Notes under the pieces: generated by a model
What the model saw: the letters and a program-made list of their open reading frames with translations, nothing else
Databases searched by the model: none
Told to the model about the DNA's origin: nothing
Shown: positions 1-9,798 of the stretch, piece by piece
Layout: each line of letters starts with the position of its first letter
Position numbering within the stretch: the stretch's first letter is position 1
Origin: a virus
Taxonomy: Duplodnaviria > Caudoviricetes
Length of the DNA stretch: 62,882 nucleotides
IMG/VR virus record: IMGVR_UViG_3300020045_003897
Span: 1-62,882 of that record
Strand: one strand, 5' to 3'
Program-made: the position numbers and the translations under genes

Positions 1-14
1 ACTATGAACGCCAA

Positions 15-938
15 TTACGCAGCACCCGGACTGCCGAAAATTCCACGAGGATCAGACCAACCGAAAGAACCTCTGAAAGTTGCTTTAAACTTAGCATTTT
101 CAGTATCAAAGTCATTCTCAGTCCCGAACGCATCAGCTCTACGCTCCATATACTTAAGTCCATCAGGGCAATTCGTCCCAATAAACCAAGCATCAGGATC
201 AGTCAAATAATGATTAACCTTAACACCTTGCGGAAACTTCTTCGAAGCCCTAAGCGCATTAATATCATTATTCGCATTACCAGACTGGCCAATAGACTCA
301 AGAATCCTAAATGCATCAAACTCAAGAGCACTCGGAATAATCAGTTTCTGAGGCATAATCGCAATAGTCAAACCACGATCAGTCTTGAAAGCGCTAATAT
401 CTATACACGCCTGCTCAAGAGCAGCTTCACTCAAATCTGCAGCAGTTGCAAGCTCATTCCGCCAAGTACCACCAGACTTATTCGGATGATCAGTAGCACA
501 AAGCTCTTTACCATCAGAATTAGCTCCCATAGTATAAGCAGCAGTGAACGCACGATTAAGTACATTCGCTCCAACCATCTCTTTGGTCTGACGAATCGAA
601 AAAGCCAAAGCACTCGCACGACGCAATGCAACAGTCACTGCAATACCATCCTCATACATCTCACGAGTAATGATAAAACCCAACCCATAAGTTACATGAG
701 TATAGCGATTGACGAATCCCTGTTCTTGTTCGTCATACGCAACACCAGCACCCTCAGTCTTAACCGCAGCAAGTCCAAAGCCAGTAATACCAACTTCTTC
801 CTCAAATGCTTTAGTCGAACCCATCTTCTCAAAAATATCAAGGTACTCAATCGGATACTCTTTATATTTCTGCCCAAACCAGGTTTTTACACCTGGAACC
901 AAGTCTTTAGCAAAATTGCTAGTAGTAATAATACCCAT
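15..938 (-). CDS. Major capsid protein (HK97 fold, Mu gpT-like family common in environmental podoviruses)
   Basis: 307 aa; motifs FEEE.GITGFG.A.VK.EG, RYTH.TYGLGF.ITREM.ED, DGKELCATDHP and terminal RGSFGWSDPRGIFGSPGA; follows portal and scaffold genes. Confidence 0.9.
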   Translation of the reverse strand: MGIITTSNFAKDLVPGVKTWFGQKYKEYPIEYLDIFEKMGSTKAFEEEVGITGFGLAAVKTEGAGVAYDEQEQGFVNRYTHVTYGLGFIITREMYEDGIAVTVALRRASALAFSIRQTKEMVGANVLNRAFTAAYTMGANSDGKELCATDHPNKSGGTWRNELATAADLSEAALEQACIDISAFKTDRGLTIAIMPQKLIIPSALEFDAFRILESIGQSGNANNDINALRASKKFPQGVKVNHYLTDPDAWFIGTNCPDGLKYMERRADAFGTENDFDTENAKFKATFRGSFGWSDPRGIFGSPGAA

Positions 939-949
939 TAGTTATCTCC

Positions 950-1546
950 TTACACGTCAGTTGAAATAGTAAGCCCAAGCTCATGCTCACCAAAAAGAAT
1001 TTCCCACTTGGCGTAATTCCCAAGCTCATTATCTTCTCTATCAGCAAGACGTAACAGGCGGCAGTTACCACTAGTATCAGTTGCAGTATCACTGGAATCA
1101 AGTTCCATTGCAGACTTACCAGTACTCGTAGAACCAGAACCAACTACAAAGTTCGTCGAAAGACCAACCATTGCAGCAGTGATCGAGTTAGCATCACTAT
1201 CTTCCTGAACCTCAAAAATCACCTGAGGATCATCCACTACAAAAACATACATTGCAGTAGCTGCAGGACGATAATCACGATTCGGAGTATCTGGATGAGT
1301 CATCACGTAAGGATTATCACCAAAACCAATAACTACACCACGTACAGCAGCTCCAGCAGTAGCCTGAGCTACAGTCGGATACTTACCAGTTGCATTAGCA
1401 GAACCAGCACTTTTAACTGCATCACCTTTAAAAATTGCAGTATTATCAGTACTAGGTACATAATAAACATTAGCTTTGCCATTCCAGGGAGCACCGTTCA
1501 AATGTTTGACCGGTTTAAACCCGAATGGAGTATCAAGATTTGCCAT
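950..1546 (-). CDS. Capsid-associated (decoration/cement-like) protein
   Basis: 198 aa directly upstream of MCP; MAN.D.PFGFKPV start typical of the gene preceding this MCP family; GGAG RBS. Confidence 0.6.
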   Translation of the reverse strand: MANLDTPFGFKPVKHLNGAPWNGKANVYYVPSTDNTAIFKGDAVKSAGSANATGKYPTVAQATAGAAVRGVVIGFGDNPYVMTHPDTPNRDYRPAATAMYVFVVDDPQVIFEVQEDSDANSITAAMVGLSTNFVVGSGSTSTGKSAMELDSSDTATDTSGNCRLLRLADREDNELGNYAKWEILFGEHELGLTISTDV

Positions 1547-1564
1547 AATATAACTCCATTAATT

Positions 1565-1999
1565 TTAACTTATTGAAACCGTACCATATGATTCAGCAGA
1601 AGCATCTGGTTTTGAGTTTCTTTTAATTTCATTCTCCACACGAGTAATCGCGGCCTGCGATGCTGCCCTATCCTCATTGTAAATCTCTTCAGGAATTTCC
1701 ATCAATACAGCTCGTTGACCACCACCAACATGAGGATTAGCTAAACTTCCCATCGAACTAGCTCTCCCAATCTTAGCATCGCCAACCTGAACCTGTTCAT
1801 CAACAGCATTCCATCCAGCAGCTTTAAAACTCTCAACTCTATCACCCTTATCATTCACGAACCGGCGCACGAATCCGGCCTTCTTCGGTGCAGTTAAAAT
1901 ATTCCGCGTACCAAGCGGAACTCTCTTCCTTGGTTGCTCACCAGTCACGCTCTTCGTAACATTACTAACCGTTTCTTTTGCTTGTGCTTGCTCAGTCAT
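1565..1999 (-). CDS. Conserved head-module hypothetical protein
   Basis: 144 aa, AGGAG RBS, tight packing in the head operon. Confidence 0.65.
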   Translation of the reverse strand: MTEQAQAKETVSNVTKSVTGEQPRKRVPLGTRNILTAPKKAGFVRRFVNDKGDRVESFKAAGWNAVDEQVQVGDAKIGRASSMGSLANPHVGGGQRAVLMEIPEEIYNEDRAASQAAITRVENEIKRNSKPDASAESYGTVSIS

Positions 2000-2011
2000 C
2001 TTAATCTCCTA

Positions 2012-2920
2012 TCACGCTTCTTGCATCTTTGCAATATCATTAATATACGCTTCTTCAGTCATAATCCCACCACGAACAAATTGCTGCATAATCTGCAATT
2101 GATCAGGAGTCAAATCAGCCTTACTAAAAGAAGCACCATTTCCTTTTGCAGAAGATCGTTCAACAGGACTCTTTGGCCCTATAGGAGATTTAACTGTATC
2201 AGCAACTTTCTTAGTTTCAAATTTCTCAGGAAAAACTTCCTGAACCTTAGTCCTAACTACTGCATAAATTCTCTCTAGCGGAGCACCAACATATTGCTGA
2301 GCAACTGTATCAGCAAACGTAGCCATTTCAGCATCTTTCAAATACCAATCATTATCCTGAATCCATTCATCATAAACAGGATTTACAGTCTTACTAGTTT
2401 CCTTATCACTTATTTTCGGAGCATTGATATCTTTTTGAATTTCATCAATCTGCTTATCAAGTGCTTCAACCTTATCAACATCAGCCAACTCAATAGCAGA
2501 CCTTCGTTCTTTCTTAAGAATTGCTATCTCAGACTCGAGCTTCTTAACTTCAGCCTTATAAACACTTTCATTATGTTTCTTCAGCGCATCAACAGAAGAA
2601 TTTAACTGCTGAAGTTGATCTTTCAAGTCCTTATTATGCTGACTCATCGACTTTTGAATATCTTTCGACCGCAAGATATACGTCGCAGCATCAACAGCAT
2701 CATCACCAGAATGATCTTCACGCCAACCAAGCTGCTTAGCTAACTCTTTCACTCCATGAAGATCATTCCCTTTAGAAATACTCTCAGCACTTTCAGTCTT
2801 GGCTGTTCCTTCAGCGGGGGCTAGCGCCCCCATTTGTACGGTTGCTTCTTCAGTCTTAACTGTAGTTTCTGTTCCAGTCTCTGGGCTAGTCAAAATATCT
2901 TCAATGAAATCTTCTGCCAT
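2012..2920 (-). CDS. Putative capsid scaffolding protein
   Basis: 302 aa, acidic and coiled-coil rich, between portal and MCP; C-terminal LTPDQ...GIMTEEAY. Confidence 0.6.
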   Translation of the reverse strand: MAEDFIEDILTSPETGTETTVKTEEATVQMGALAPAEGTAKTESAESISKGNDLHGVKELAKQLGWREDHSGDDAVDAATYILRSKDIQKSMSQHNKDLKDQLQQLNSSVDALKKHNESVYKAEVKKLESEIAILKKERRSAIELADVDKVEALDKQIDEIQKDINAPKISDKETSKTVNPVYDEWIQDNDWYLKDAEMATFADTVAQQYVGAPLERIYAVVRTKVQEVFPEKFETKKVADTVKSPIGPKSPVERSSAKGNGASFSKADLTPDQLQIMQQFVRGGIMTEEAYINDIAKMQEA

Positions 2921-2932
2921 AATAACACCTAT

Positions 2933-3259
2933 TTAAAAAAGTAATTTCGCTAGAACATCATTATCATTAATCAATACATACTCGTTGCCATCTTTTCCCT
3001 GCATAGCAACTCCAGCATGTCTAGGATAACTTATCTTATCACCAACTGCAGCCCAAGGTAAACCTTCATCAAGATCCTTCCAAGACTCAGAACCAATAGC
3101 AACCAATAAACCAATAGTTGCTTCTCGTTGTTCTCGATCCTGAACCGTCTTTGGCATAATAATTCCGCCTGAAGTCATTTCTTCTACCTTATTTGGAAGC
3201 ACTAACAAGTGCCCGCCAGTTGGAATAATTCCTGATTGATTAATACTTTGATCTTCCAT
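2933..3259 (-). CDS. groES: GroES/Cpn10-like co-chaperonin
   Basis: IIPTGGHLLV..., mobile loop EEMTSGGIIMP, VGDKISY.RHAG, EYVLINDNDVLA. Confidence 0.85.
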   Translation of the reverse strand: MEDQSINQSGIIPTGGHLLVLPNKVEEMTSGGIIMPKTVQDREQREATIGLLVAIGSESWKDLDEGLPWAAVGDKISYPRHAGVAMQGKDGNEYVLINDNDVLAKLLF

Positions 3260-3289
3260 AACATTACCCTTTTAAATAAATGTTCTTAA

Positions 3290-3547
3290 TTAATAACCAC
3301 TTTGAGAATCTACATCCTCATTATCAATCTTCTCATCTTTATATGAGATATTCAATATCTGATCAATACCAGTAATCTGACCAACAATCCTATTCGTCAA
3401 ACCATGCGTAATTTCAGCAGCATAATCAATACTTTCACCAGAAGTAAGCTGTTCAGTAAGTGCTGCTCTAACATCTCTAAGCTCTGCAAATATTTCCTTC
3501 GTTACTGGGTGTGTCTTCCATTCTGTAAACTGTTCTGCACTAATCAT
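3290..3547 (-). CDS. Hypothetical protein
   Basis: 85 aa, AGGAG RBS; F.EWK.HPVTK N-terminus. Confidence 0.65.
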   Translation of the reverse strand: MISAEQFTEWKTHPVTKEIFAELRDVRAALTEQLTSGESIDYAAEITHGLTNRIVGQITGIDQILNISYKDEKIDNEDVDSQSGY

Positions 3548-3559
3548 TTTAAATCTCCT

Positions 3560-3853
3560 TTATTCTACAATAAACCAATCTTCATCAAGCATATCTGATT
3601 GACTTGCTAACCAACCAGGAATCCATTCTTCTTGAGCATTATACATTGCAAAGTATGGTTGACAATTCAGTGGCTTATCTTCACCAATAAACTTTGCAGT
3701 CCTATCATTCACTTTTCTAGCAGTTCCTGAAGTATTAAATGGAGGCAAACTCAATGGTTCCATATAAACCACAAACATATTTTTTCCATTCCATTTCTTT
3801 CTAGCAATCTTCTTTCCTTGTTTTGCAGCTCTTATTGCATCACCAAAATCCAT
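3560..3853 (-). CDS. tad2: DUF2829 / Tad2-like anti-defence nucleotide sponge
   Basis: MDFGDAI.A.K.GKK.AR..WNGK.MFV and GWLASQSDML.EDW are the hallmark DUF2829 motifs. Confidence 0.8.
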   Translation of the reverse strand: MDFGDAIRAAKQGKKIARKKWNGKNMFVVYMEPLSLPPFNTSGTARKVNDRTAKFIGEDKPLNCQPYFAMYNAQEEWIPGWLASQSDMLDEDWFIVE

Positions 3854-3885
3854 ATCAAGCTCCTTGATAATTTCTCTTTTACCAA

Positions 3886-4071
3886 CTATTCAATCTCGGC
3901 TAACATCTTTTTCTTTTTCTTAAGTTCATCTTGAACATTTCCTACATAAAACTCATTCTTCTTGCTAGCATCTGCAGAAGCAGTTTCATCCATTACTGGA
4001 CTTTTAGGATCACTCTTCATTCCTAAAGAAGCCAAAAAGGAAAACTTTTTCTTTTTACCAGTATCTTCCAT
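3886..4071 (-). CDS. Small Lys-rich hypothetical protein
   Basis: 61 aa; start overlaps the portal stop (TAATG). Confidence 0.55.
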   Translation of the reverse strand: MEDTGKKKKFSFLASLGMKSDPKSPVMDETASADASKKNEFYVGNVQDELKKKKKMLAEIE

Positions 4072-6221
4072 TATGTATATTCCTTTCTAATAGTTTCTTC
4101 AGTTAATCCTTTAGGAGCTTTACCAATACTCTGTTGACTTCTTCCAAGTTCAATCTGATTATTTACTGATGCTTCTTCAATATCAAGTTTCCTTGCATCA
4201 TTCACTATGCTTGCAGAATCTTTAATCTGTTTAACTTCAGCTTGAGGAATATCAGCTCGAATCCTAGCAGTCTCAGCAACAAGCTTTTCTATTTTTGCAG
4301 TCAGTTCTTGCAGCTCAAGTTGCATCTTCTGCATTGCTAATTGCTTCTCTTCCTGTCCAGCTTCTTCTTCAGGAAAGAAAGCATCAATATCTTCAATGTC
4401 AAGAGCTATCAAGTACCTGCGCAAGATCTCTTTATCATCTAATCCTTGTCCACGAAGATCAAGCAGTGCCTTGGCTTTCAGTAGCCGCTGAACCATCGTG
4501 GTAGAATTCGGATCACTAACCGGTTCTATGTCAAAGTCAGCACTAGAAAAATCTGCTTGAACTATAGCTTGCTCATCATCCAGAACAAGTCCATATGTCA
4601 TTTGATCCAAATAAAGAGCGTTCAGTCGCTTAATCTTCTTAAACTCTTTATATTGCGAGCGATGAATGCGCTTATGGGCAGCACTATATAACTGCAATCC
4701 TTGTTCAATCAGTGCAAGCACGCTTTCTGCAGGAACATTCGCACCTGGAGAATTGCCAGCTAAGATGTCCGTCATTCCTGCAAGTTCTTTACCTGCTTCA
4801 ATCAATAAACCAAGCAACTGAAACAAAACATTACTAGGTTCTCTGACTGGCATCGGAAATACATTCTTCCGCAGATCATCACCAGTAACATCAACAGGCT
4901 TCCACTCACCAGACTTCAGCTGAATTGCTTTGCCGCGACCTAATCGTAATCCTCTACCTAAAAATCCAGACTGCCTATTGCTTAGCGTTCCAGCATCTAT
5001 CAGTTGATTCAGTAGCGTATTTATAGCTGAGTTTGTGCTCATCAACAAGCTGCCAAAACCCATACCATAAAAGCCACCATCAACAGACGGCATGAACAAA
5101 TAACGCGTAAAATATTGCTCAGGAATGATCTTAACTATTGCTCCATTAGGATCTTGCATTCCTTGCTTGTCATTAGTTCTAATAACTCCATCAGAAGCCC
5201 AACGAGGAGATATTCTAACGAGCTTTTGCGTAGCTTCATGAATCGTAACTATGTATGGTTCTTGATATCCATCCTTGTCAAGATCATACAAGCGATGTTG
5301 CTCAAGGAACAAGTGTGGAGTTTCATCATCTATATCAGAAGTTTTGTCTGAAACTGCCTGGCCAAGTTCAGCAATGTTGAACTTAATGAACGTTCCTGAA
5401 GTTATTCGTTCTACTATTTCATTATGGTAAAGGTAAATCTTATGCGTTACTCGTGGTGCTCTTTCAAGAGATTCGGCAAAATAATTGACCACCAAATCAT
5501 CAGCAAAGACTAAGCTAGACACATTCTTTCGTTCAATGCTATCAAAATAACTCTTCTTAAAGGCACAACCAATTGCAGGGAGCGTAAACAGCAGTTGATC
5601 CACACCTTCTTCCCAGCAATCCATATGACTAAGAAGCTGAAAAGACATGAACTCGCTAATGCGCTGAGCTTTCTCAAGTTTCGCTCCAGTTGGATCAGCT
5701 CCATTGACTTTTCCTCGAACTACGTTATTGCCCTTGATCAGTTCAGGATATGCACGACTTGCAAACTGTATGCAAGCATTGATAATCAACGGATATTTAA
5801 CGTTCGCTACTACTTCACCAGCATAAGTTTTCTTCTTGACATGCAACTTTGCAAGGTCAATGATTTGTTTATTCAGTTCTTCCCATTCAGTTCGGCTAGC
5901 TAAGTCTGTCTTGTAACCTTCAATAGTTTTAGTGGTTAAGTCTGCAATGACGTCAACTGATTGTTGATCTGCAAGATTAGTGATTAAGACCTGAGCCTCA
6001 GCACGCAGAACTTCCTTTTGGATTAACTGTTCTGTCAGTTCATCATTCGGTGCTTCTTGCTCAGCAAGGATTTCTTCCACTGGTTGCTCAGATGCCCAGA
6101 TAGGAGCTTGAGGAAGATTTGCTATTTCCTGATCAGGAAGCATGTCCATTTCTTGTGCTCCCTCCGGCGCGGTGCGCCTCCGGTCGAGATCAGGGGATTC
6201 GTAAGTTGGGTTTATTGGCAT
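4071..6221 (-). CDS. Portal protein
   Basis: 716 aa after terL; motifs ANVKYPLI..ACIQFASRAYPEL, GCAFKKSYFD, GGFYGMGFG.LL, NQLIDAGTLSN; C-terminal coiled coil. Confidence 0.88.
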   Translation of the reverse strand: MPINPTYESPDLDRRRTAPEGAQEMDMLPDQEIANLPQAPIWASEQPVEEILAEQEAPNDELTEQLIQKEVLRAEAQVLITNLADQQSVDVIADLTTKTIEGYKTDLASRTEWEELNKQIIDLAKLHVKKKTYAGEVVANVKYPLIINACIQFASRAYPELIKGNNVVRGKVNGADPTGAKLEKAQRISEFMSFQLLSHMDCWEEGVDQLLFTLPAIGCAFKKSYFDSIERKNVSSLVFADDLVVNYFAESLERAPRVTHKIYLYHNEIVERITSGTFIKFNIAELGQAVSDKTSDIDDETPHLFLEQHRLYDLDKDGYQEPYIVTIHEATQKLVRISPRWASDGVIRTNDKQGMQDPNGAIVKIIPEQYFTRYLFMPSVDGGFYGMGFGSLLMSTNSAINTLLNQLIDAGTLSNRQSGFLGRGLRLGRGKAIQLKSGEWKPVDVTGDDLRKNVFPMPVREPSNVLFQLLGLLIEAGKELAGMTDILAGNSPGANVPAESVLALIEQGLQLYSAAHKRIHRSQYKEFKKIKRLNALYLDQMTYGLVLDDEQAIVQADFSSADFDIEPVSDPNSTTMVQRLLKAKALLDLRGQGLDDKEILRRYLIALDIEDIDAFFPEEEAGQEEKQLAMQKMQLELQELTAKIEKLVAETARIRADIPQAEVKQIKDSASIVNDARKLDIEEASVNNQIELGRSQQSIGKAPKGLTEETIRKEYT

Positions 6222-6241
6222 TTCTATTATCCTGAACTGGT

Positions 6242-6496
6242 TTAATCTTTATGGCTAGTTTGAGGCTCTTTGAAATGCTGAATTATTTGATGTATTCTTC
6301 CATTAAGATATGCTGTTATTTGACAAGAATAACGATCGATTGCTTTCCATTCTCGTACCATATCCCCGTTAGAATTTTTAATTTCTTCAGCAAGTGATGA
6401 TATATAAGATAGAACCATATCATCTTCATGACGAAAAACAAACGGGCAATATTGATATGGGCTTGCAGACTTTGGACATTGTTCAGGGATTGCCAT
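6242..6496 (-). CDS. Hypothetical protein
   Basis: 84 aa filling the terL-portal gap. Confidence 0.55.
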   Translation of the reverse strand: MAIPEQCPKSASPYQYCPFVFRHEDDMVLSYISSLAEEIKNSNGDMVREWKAIDRYSCQITAYLNGRIHQIIQHFKEPQTSHKD

Positions 6497-6499
6497 TAC

Positions 6500-8014
6500 T
6501 TAATATCCTGTAACATAATTTGTTTCGGATTCATTATAGATTTCACTAGCTTCCCAAGCTTCGAACTCCCAATATGGTTTAGCAATCGCGCGATCCAATC
6601 CAGACATAATAAGATAACGAACACAATCCATAAGATGGTCACGATCCTTGATGATTTGTCCATTCTCGTCCCTCCGATAAATGCGGAATTCTGATAGGAA
6701 ATTAACTAGCGATCCGAAGACTTTTAGCCTGTTCGTTGATAGCATTTGCCAAACTTTATAAAGTCCAGACTCGATAGACTTGTTTGCATTCGTTATGTCT
6801 AGGCCAAGACCAGCATAGATTTCAAAGAGTTGTCTACCGTCTTCCTGCGACCTGCCATGGGCTGCGCTGTCGATTACGCCTGGAATCCAGAATCCGCGAG
6901 CTTTGATTCCTTCAGCATGGATCACTGGCTCTGCTTGACCTTGGTAGTATTCAGAATAAAGAAAGGTAATGTTACTGGTTGGATCAGTTGCGGCCCAAAT
7001 GCAGGCAGTCTTTTTCCAGCCAACATCCAAAGCATAGCAACGCTTCCAATGATCTGGGATGGGAAAGTCTGCAACAGTGATGTTGCTCTCGAGGATTGGA
7101 TAGATAGCACCTGAGCCTAGTTGAGGAACTCCTTTGGATCTTGCTTCTCGCTGGTGAGGTGGTAAGGCTGCGAAGAGTTGATCTTTCTGGGCTTTGGTAA
7201 GGTGTGGTGCATCGTCCCAAGTTGCTTGAATCAAGAACCGGTTGCCTGAGCAAATTTCTTCGATCTTGCCTTCTGGCATGAACTGAAGGACTGTTTCGGT
7301 GAGGCCAGCTAACGGAGTGAAGGTTAGCATGATTTTTCCGTTTGTGGTCATTGTTCTGGTGAGGCACTCAGTGTATATGTCCATTGGACATTCTTCATCT
7401 AGCCAGACCAGGTCTTGCTCTGTGCCTTCAAATGACTTGCGGCCTTCAGCATAACTTTTGATCTTGACACGCGAGATTCCGCCTGAGATGTGCTGAACGA
7501 GAATTGTGTCTATGGCGTTAGGAACACCACCTGCGCGAGGTGTGGTTTTTAGAATATATTTTTCTGGGATCAGACCAGTGCCTTGTTCTTCTGGAGTGCC
7601 AACTAATTTATATTGAACGATATCTCGCGCAGTGGTGCTTGTAGTTCCGCAGGCCCATGCAGTGATCGGTTGGGAATAACGATGACCAGTCCACCAATCA
7701 GGGTATCGACCGGTCAGATGTAATGTCATCTCATATGCGCCGATGCCTTCTGATTTTCCGATACGGTTGGCAGCCATAATGCAACGTTCAGCATATGCTG
7801 AGCCTGCTGCAAAGAAGGCCATGTGCTTTGGATAGTTATGGCGACTTAGCAAGCCAGTTTCTGGATAATACTGGATGATTTTGTTTTGCTTGATGCGGAT
7901 GGATTTTTCTTTCAGGAGCTTGAGATATTGTTCCTTCTGATCGCGGTTCATGACGGATATGTCTGCCATGATCTGGTCCGCGGTTGGAAAGATGTTTTGA
8001 CTTAGCTCAAGCAT
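6500..8014 (-). CDS. terL: Terminase large subunit
   Basis: Walker A AANRIGKS, Walker B LVWLDEE, LTFTPLAG coupling motif, RNase H-like ALDVGW...DHLMDCVRY. Confidence 0.95.
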   Translation of the reverse strand: MLELSQNIFPTADQIMADISVMNRDQKEQYLKLLKEKSIRIKQNKIIQYYPETGLLSRHNYPKHMAFFAAGSAYAERCIMAANRIGKSEGIGAYEMTLHLTGRYPDWWTGHRYSQPITAWACGTTSTTARDIVQYKLVGTPEEQGTGLIPEKYILKTTPRAGGVPNAIDTILVQHISGGISRVKIKSYAEGRKSFEGTEQDLVWLDEECPMDIYTECLTRTMTTNGKIMLTFTPLAGLTETVLQFMPEGKIEEICSGNRFLIQATWDDAPHLTKAQKDQLFAALPPHQREARSKGVPQLGSGAIYPILESNITVADFPIPDHWKRCYALDVGWKKTACIWAATDPTSNITFLYSEYYQGQAEPVIHAEGIKARGFWIPGVIDSAAHGRSQEDGRQLFEIYAGLGLDITNANKSIESGLYKVWQMLSTNRLKVFGSLVNFLSEFRIYRRDENGQIIKDRDHLMDCVRYLIMSGLDRAIAKPYWEFEAWEASEIYNESETNYVTGY

Positions 8015-8016
8015 AG

Positions 8017-8742
8017 TTAGTTGTTCTGAAAGATGTTTGGTGGAATTTTAGAAAGCAAAGAAATGGATTCTTCCGACCGTGCTTCAGGAGAATTGAAGGC
8101 ATCATATTCTAAGGCATCACGTTCAAAGGCATCTTCACAGCGGTCAATAGGATCATCTTGGTTACTAGCTTGGCTAAAGTTATCAAGTTGATCGGAAGAA
8201 TCCATATCTTCGGTTTCTAAGTATTCGGAAGCTAAGTCTTGCTGTTCATCTGTGAACGAAACATTCTCATCAAGGGATGTTGCTTCGTTGCTTACAGTTA
8301 GTTGCTCTGGTCGACAGCCGCAGCTCTTTGCGATGCTTTGTTGCATGGCATTGATTTCCGCGTCTATTTCTTGATCGGTTTTGGTCTGCATTGTCATGTC
8401 GACATGCAACCTGTCTGGGGCTTTGTATCCTGTGCGATCAAGAACGTCTTTGGCTGCAGTAAGTTGAACGCTATGCGGAGCCTTTTCAGCTGGATTCATT
8501 ATGCGTTCGAGAACATGCAGGGCGCTGGCGTTCAGTGAGACTAATTTCTTTCTGACGTCTAGGGTTGATTCTTTGGCCTTGTCTTGCAATCCTTCGAGGT
8601 AAGCTTGACCGAGAGGTGAGCGCACTATGCTACTTACTGTGCAGTCAGACATTTCTAGTCGTTCGGCAATTTCTTTGTTCTTGTAGCCAGAGAACGCCAT
8701 CTGGATGATGGTCCGGTGCTGGTGTCGAAGTTCTTTGAGCAT
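8017..8742 (-). CDS. Putative terminase small subunit (N-terminal HTH, acidic tail)
   Basis: HTH GYKNKEIAERLEMSDCTVSSIV; QLTAAKDVLDRTGYKAP motif; adjacent to terL. ATG 8742 preferred over TTG 8838 because a promoter lies at 8810-8838. Confidence 0.7.
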   Translation of the reverse strand: MLKELRHQHRTIIQMAFSGYKNKEIAERLEMSDCTVSSIVRSPLGQAYLEGLQDKAKESTLDVRKKLVSLNASALHVLERIMNPAEKAPHSVQLTAAKDVLDRTGYKAPDRLHVDMTMQTKTDQEIDAEINAMQQSIAKSCGCRPEQLTVSNEATSLDENVSFTDEQQDLASEYLETEDMDSSDQLDNFSQASNQDDPIDRCEDAFERDALEYDAFNSPEARSEESISLLSKIPPNIFQNN

Positions 8743-8809
8743 TGTTGTCTGGTCAAGTAGAAAGATTGTTTGCAGGTTGTCAAGGGCCGGTTTCTCCGAT
8801 CCTTGATTA

Positions 8810-8838
8810 ACCGTACTATATATAGGAGGGGATTGCAA
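8810..8838 (-). promoter_or_regulatory. Promoter TTGCAA-N17-TACGGT for the packaging/structural arm
   Basis: Minus strand TTGCAA (8838-8833), 17-nt spacer, TACGGT (8815-8810); hexamers identical to the 10893 promoter. Confidence 0.7.
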
Positions 8839-9250
8839 GGGAAATTTTCAAAAGTCCTTAAGAATGGCTTATGGTGGATTTTTCACCCTAATGCCGGCAT
8901 TTAGTTTTGTGGCTGGATTATTTTATGAACGATTACTGGTGCTTTTCCAGTCTCAGGCTTGTTAGGCTTTTGCTAGGTTGTTAGGTTTTTAGAGTTGTTC
9001 TCTGGAACTGTGGATCGCTCGGTTCAGTTGCCGGCATTTGGGAAATTGGTCGATCCACAACTCATAGGAGACAAGCCTTATCTGTCACACACGATCGAGG
9101 CATAGGCTGTCAGGCAATTCGGTCACACTAATTAATTGTTCCCGGCCTAACTATCTTCATCAAGAAACATTCCTAATTGAAAACTCTTCTCAACTAACAA
9201 CTATTCTCTCCAGGCAAACATTATCACTTAGCAACAATTATCAGCTAGTA

Positions 9251-9332
9251 ATCAATACTAATAAAGAATAACTATCAAGAGATAAGAACTATCAATATCA
9301 ATTGCGATTAATCATCAATACTAATAAAGAAT
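9251..9332. repeat. 19-bp direct repeat ATCAATACTAATAAAGAAT, two copies
   Basis: Copies at 9251-9269 and 9314-9332. Confidence 0.85.
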
Positions 9333-9375
9333 GATTCTTTCCAATCTCTTTTCAGGTAAACTATCACACCATGCA

Positions 9376-9395
9376 CCGAGCCGAGCCGAGCCGAG
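9376..9395. repeat. Tandem pentamer (CCGAG)4
   Basis: Read directly from the sequence. Confidence 0.9.
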
Positions 9396-9514
9396 GTGGT
9401 CACAAGTTCAAACTATTTCAATATCCGGTCTTGACTGCCAGGTAACTGTGCTTATCGTTCCAAGTACCAGAAAATGAGTTTACAATTATTTTTCAAACTA
9501 TCTCAAAAAATGTG

Positions 9515-9543
9515 TTGACAATCTTTCCAGAGTTTTTTATAAG
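9515..9543 (+). promoter_or_regulatory. Sigma70-like early promoter TTGACA-N17-TATAAG
   Basis: Perfect -35, 5/6 -10, A-tract upstream; precedes ORF 9595 with GGAGG RBS. Confidence 0.6.
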
Positions 9544-9594
9544 AAGGCATGCTTTTTATTTGTAGTTAAATATTTTCACTTTGGAGGTTATATT

Positions 9595-9798
9595 ATGGAT
9601 AACGCAACACAAACACAAACACAAAAAGATTTAAAAGCAGCATTGATTAAATCATTTGGAACTCGAATAGAAAAAGATTATGACGAAATATATTCATGTA
9701 TAAGCGCAACTATTTGTGCTCGTGTTTATGCCGGAAATGTTGGTGATAACCCATTATGTATATTAAATCGAGCATTGGAAACTATAATTAAAAAATAA
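9595..9798 (+). CDS. Early hypothetical protein
   Basis: 67 aa, GGAGG RBS. Confidence 0.7.
   Translation: MDNATQTQTQKDLKAALIKSFGTRIEKDYDEIYSCISATICARVYAGNVGDNPLCILNRALETIIKK

Noticed and set aside
210-941. 243-aa plus-strand ORF and similar antisense ORFs throughout
   Set aside because: Shadows of real genes on the opposite strand; no RBS or protein-like features
3924-3936. GTTCA-TCT-TGAAC as a seventh palindrome copy
   Set aside because: Spacer is 3 nt rather than 4 and the 5' flank is not a pyrimidine
9150-9500. CRISPR array
   Set aside because: Only two copies of a 19-bp repeat plus short motifs; no regular repeat-spacer periodicity. The Cas4-like nuclease sits in a recombination module.
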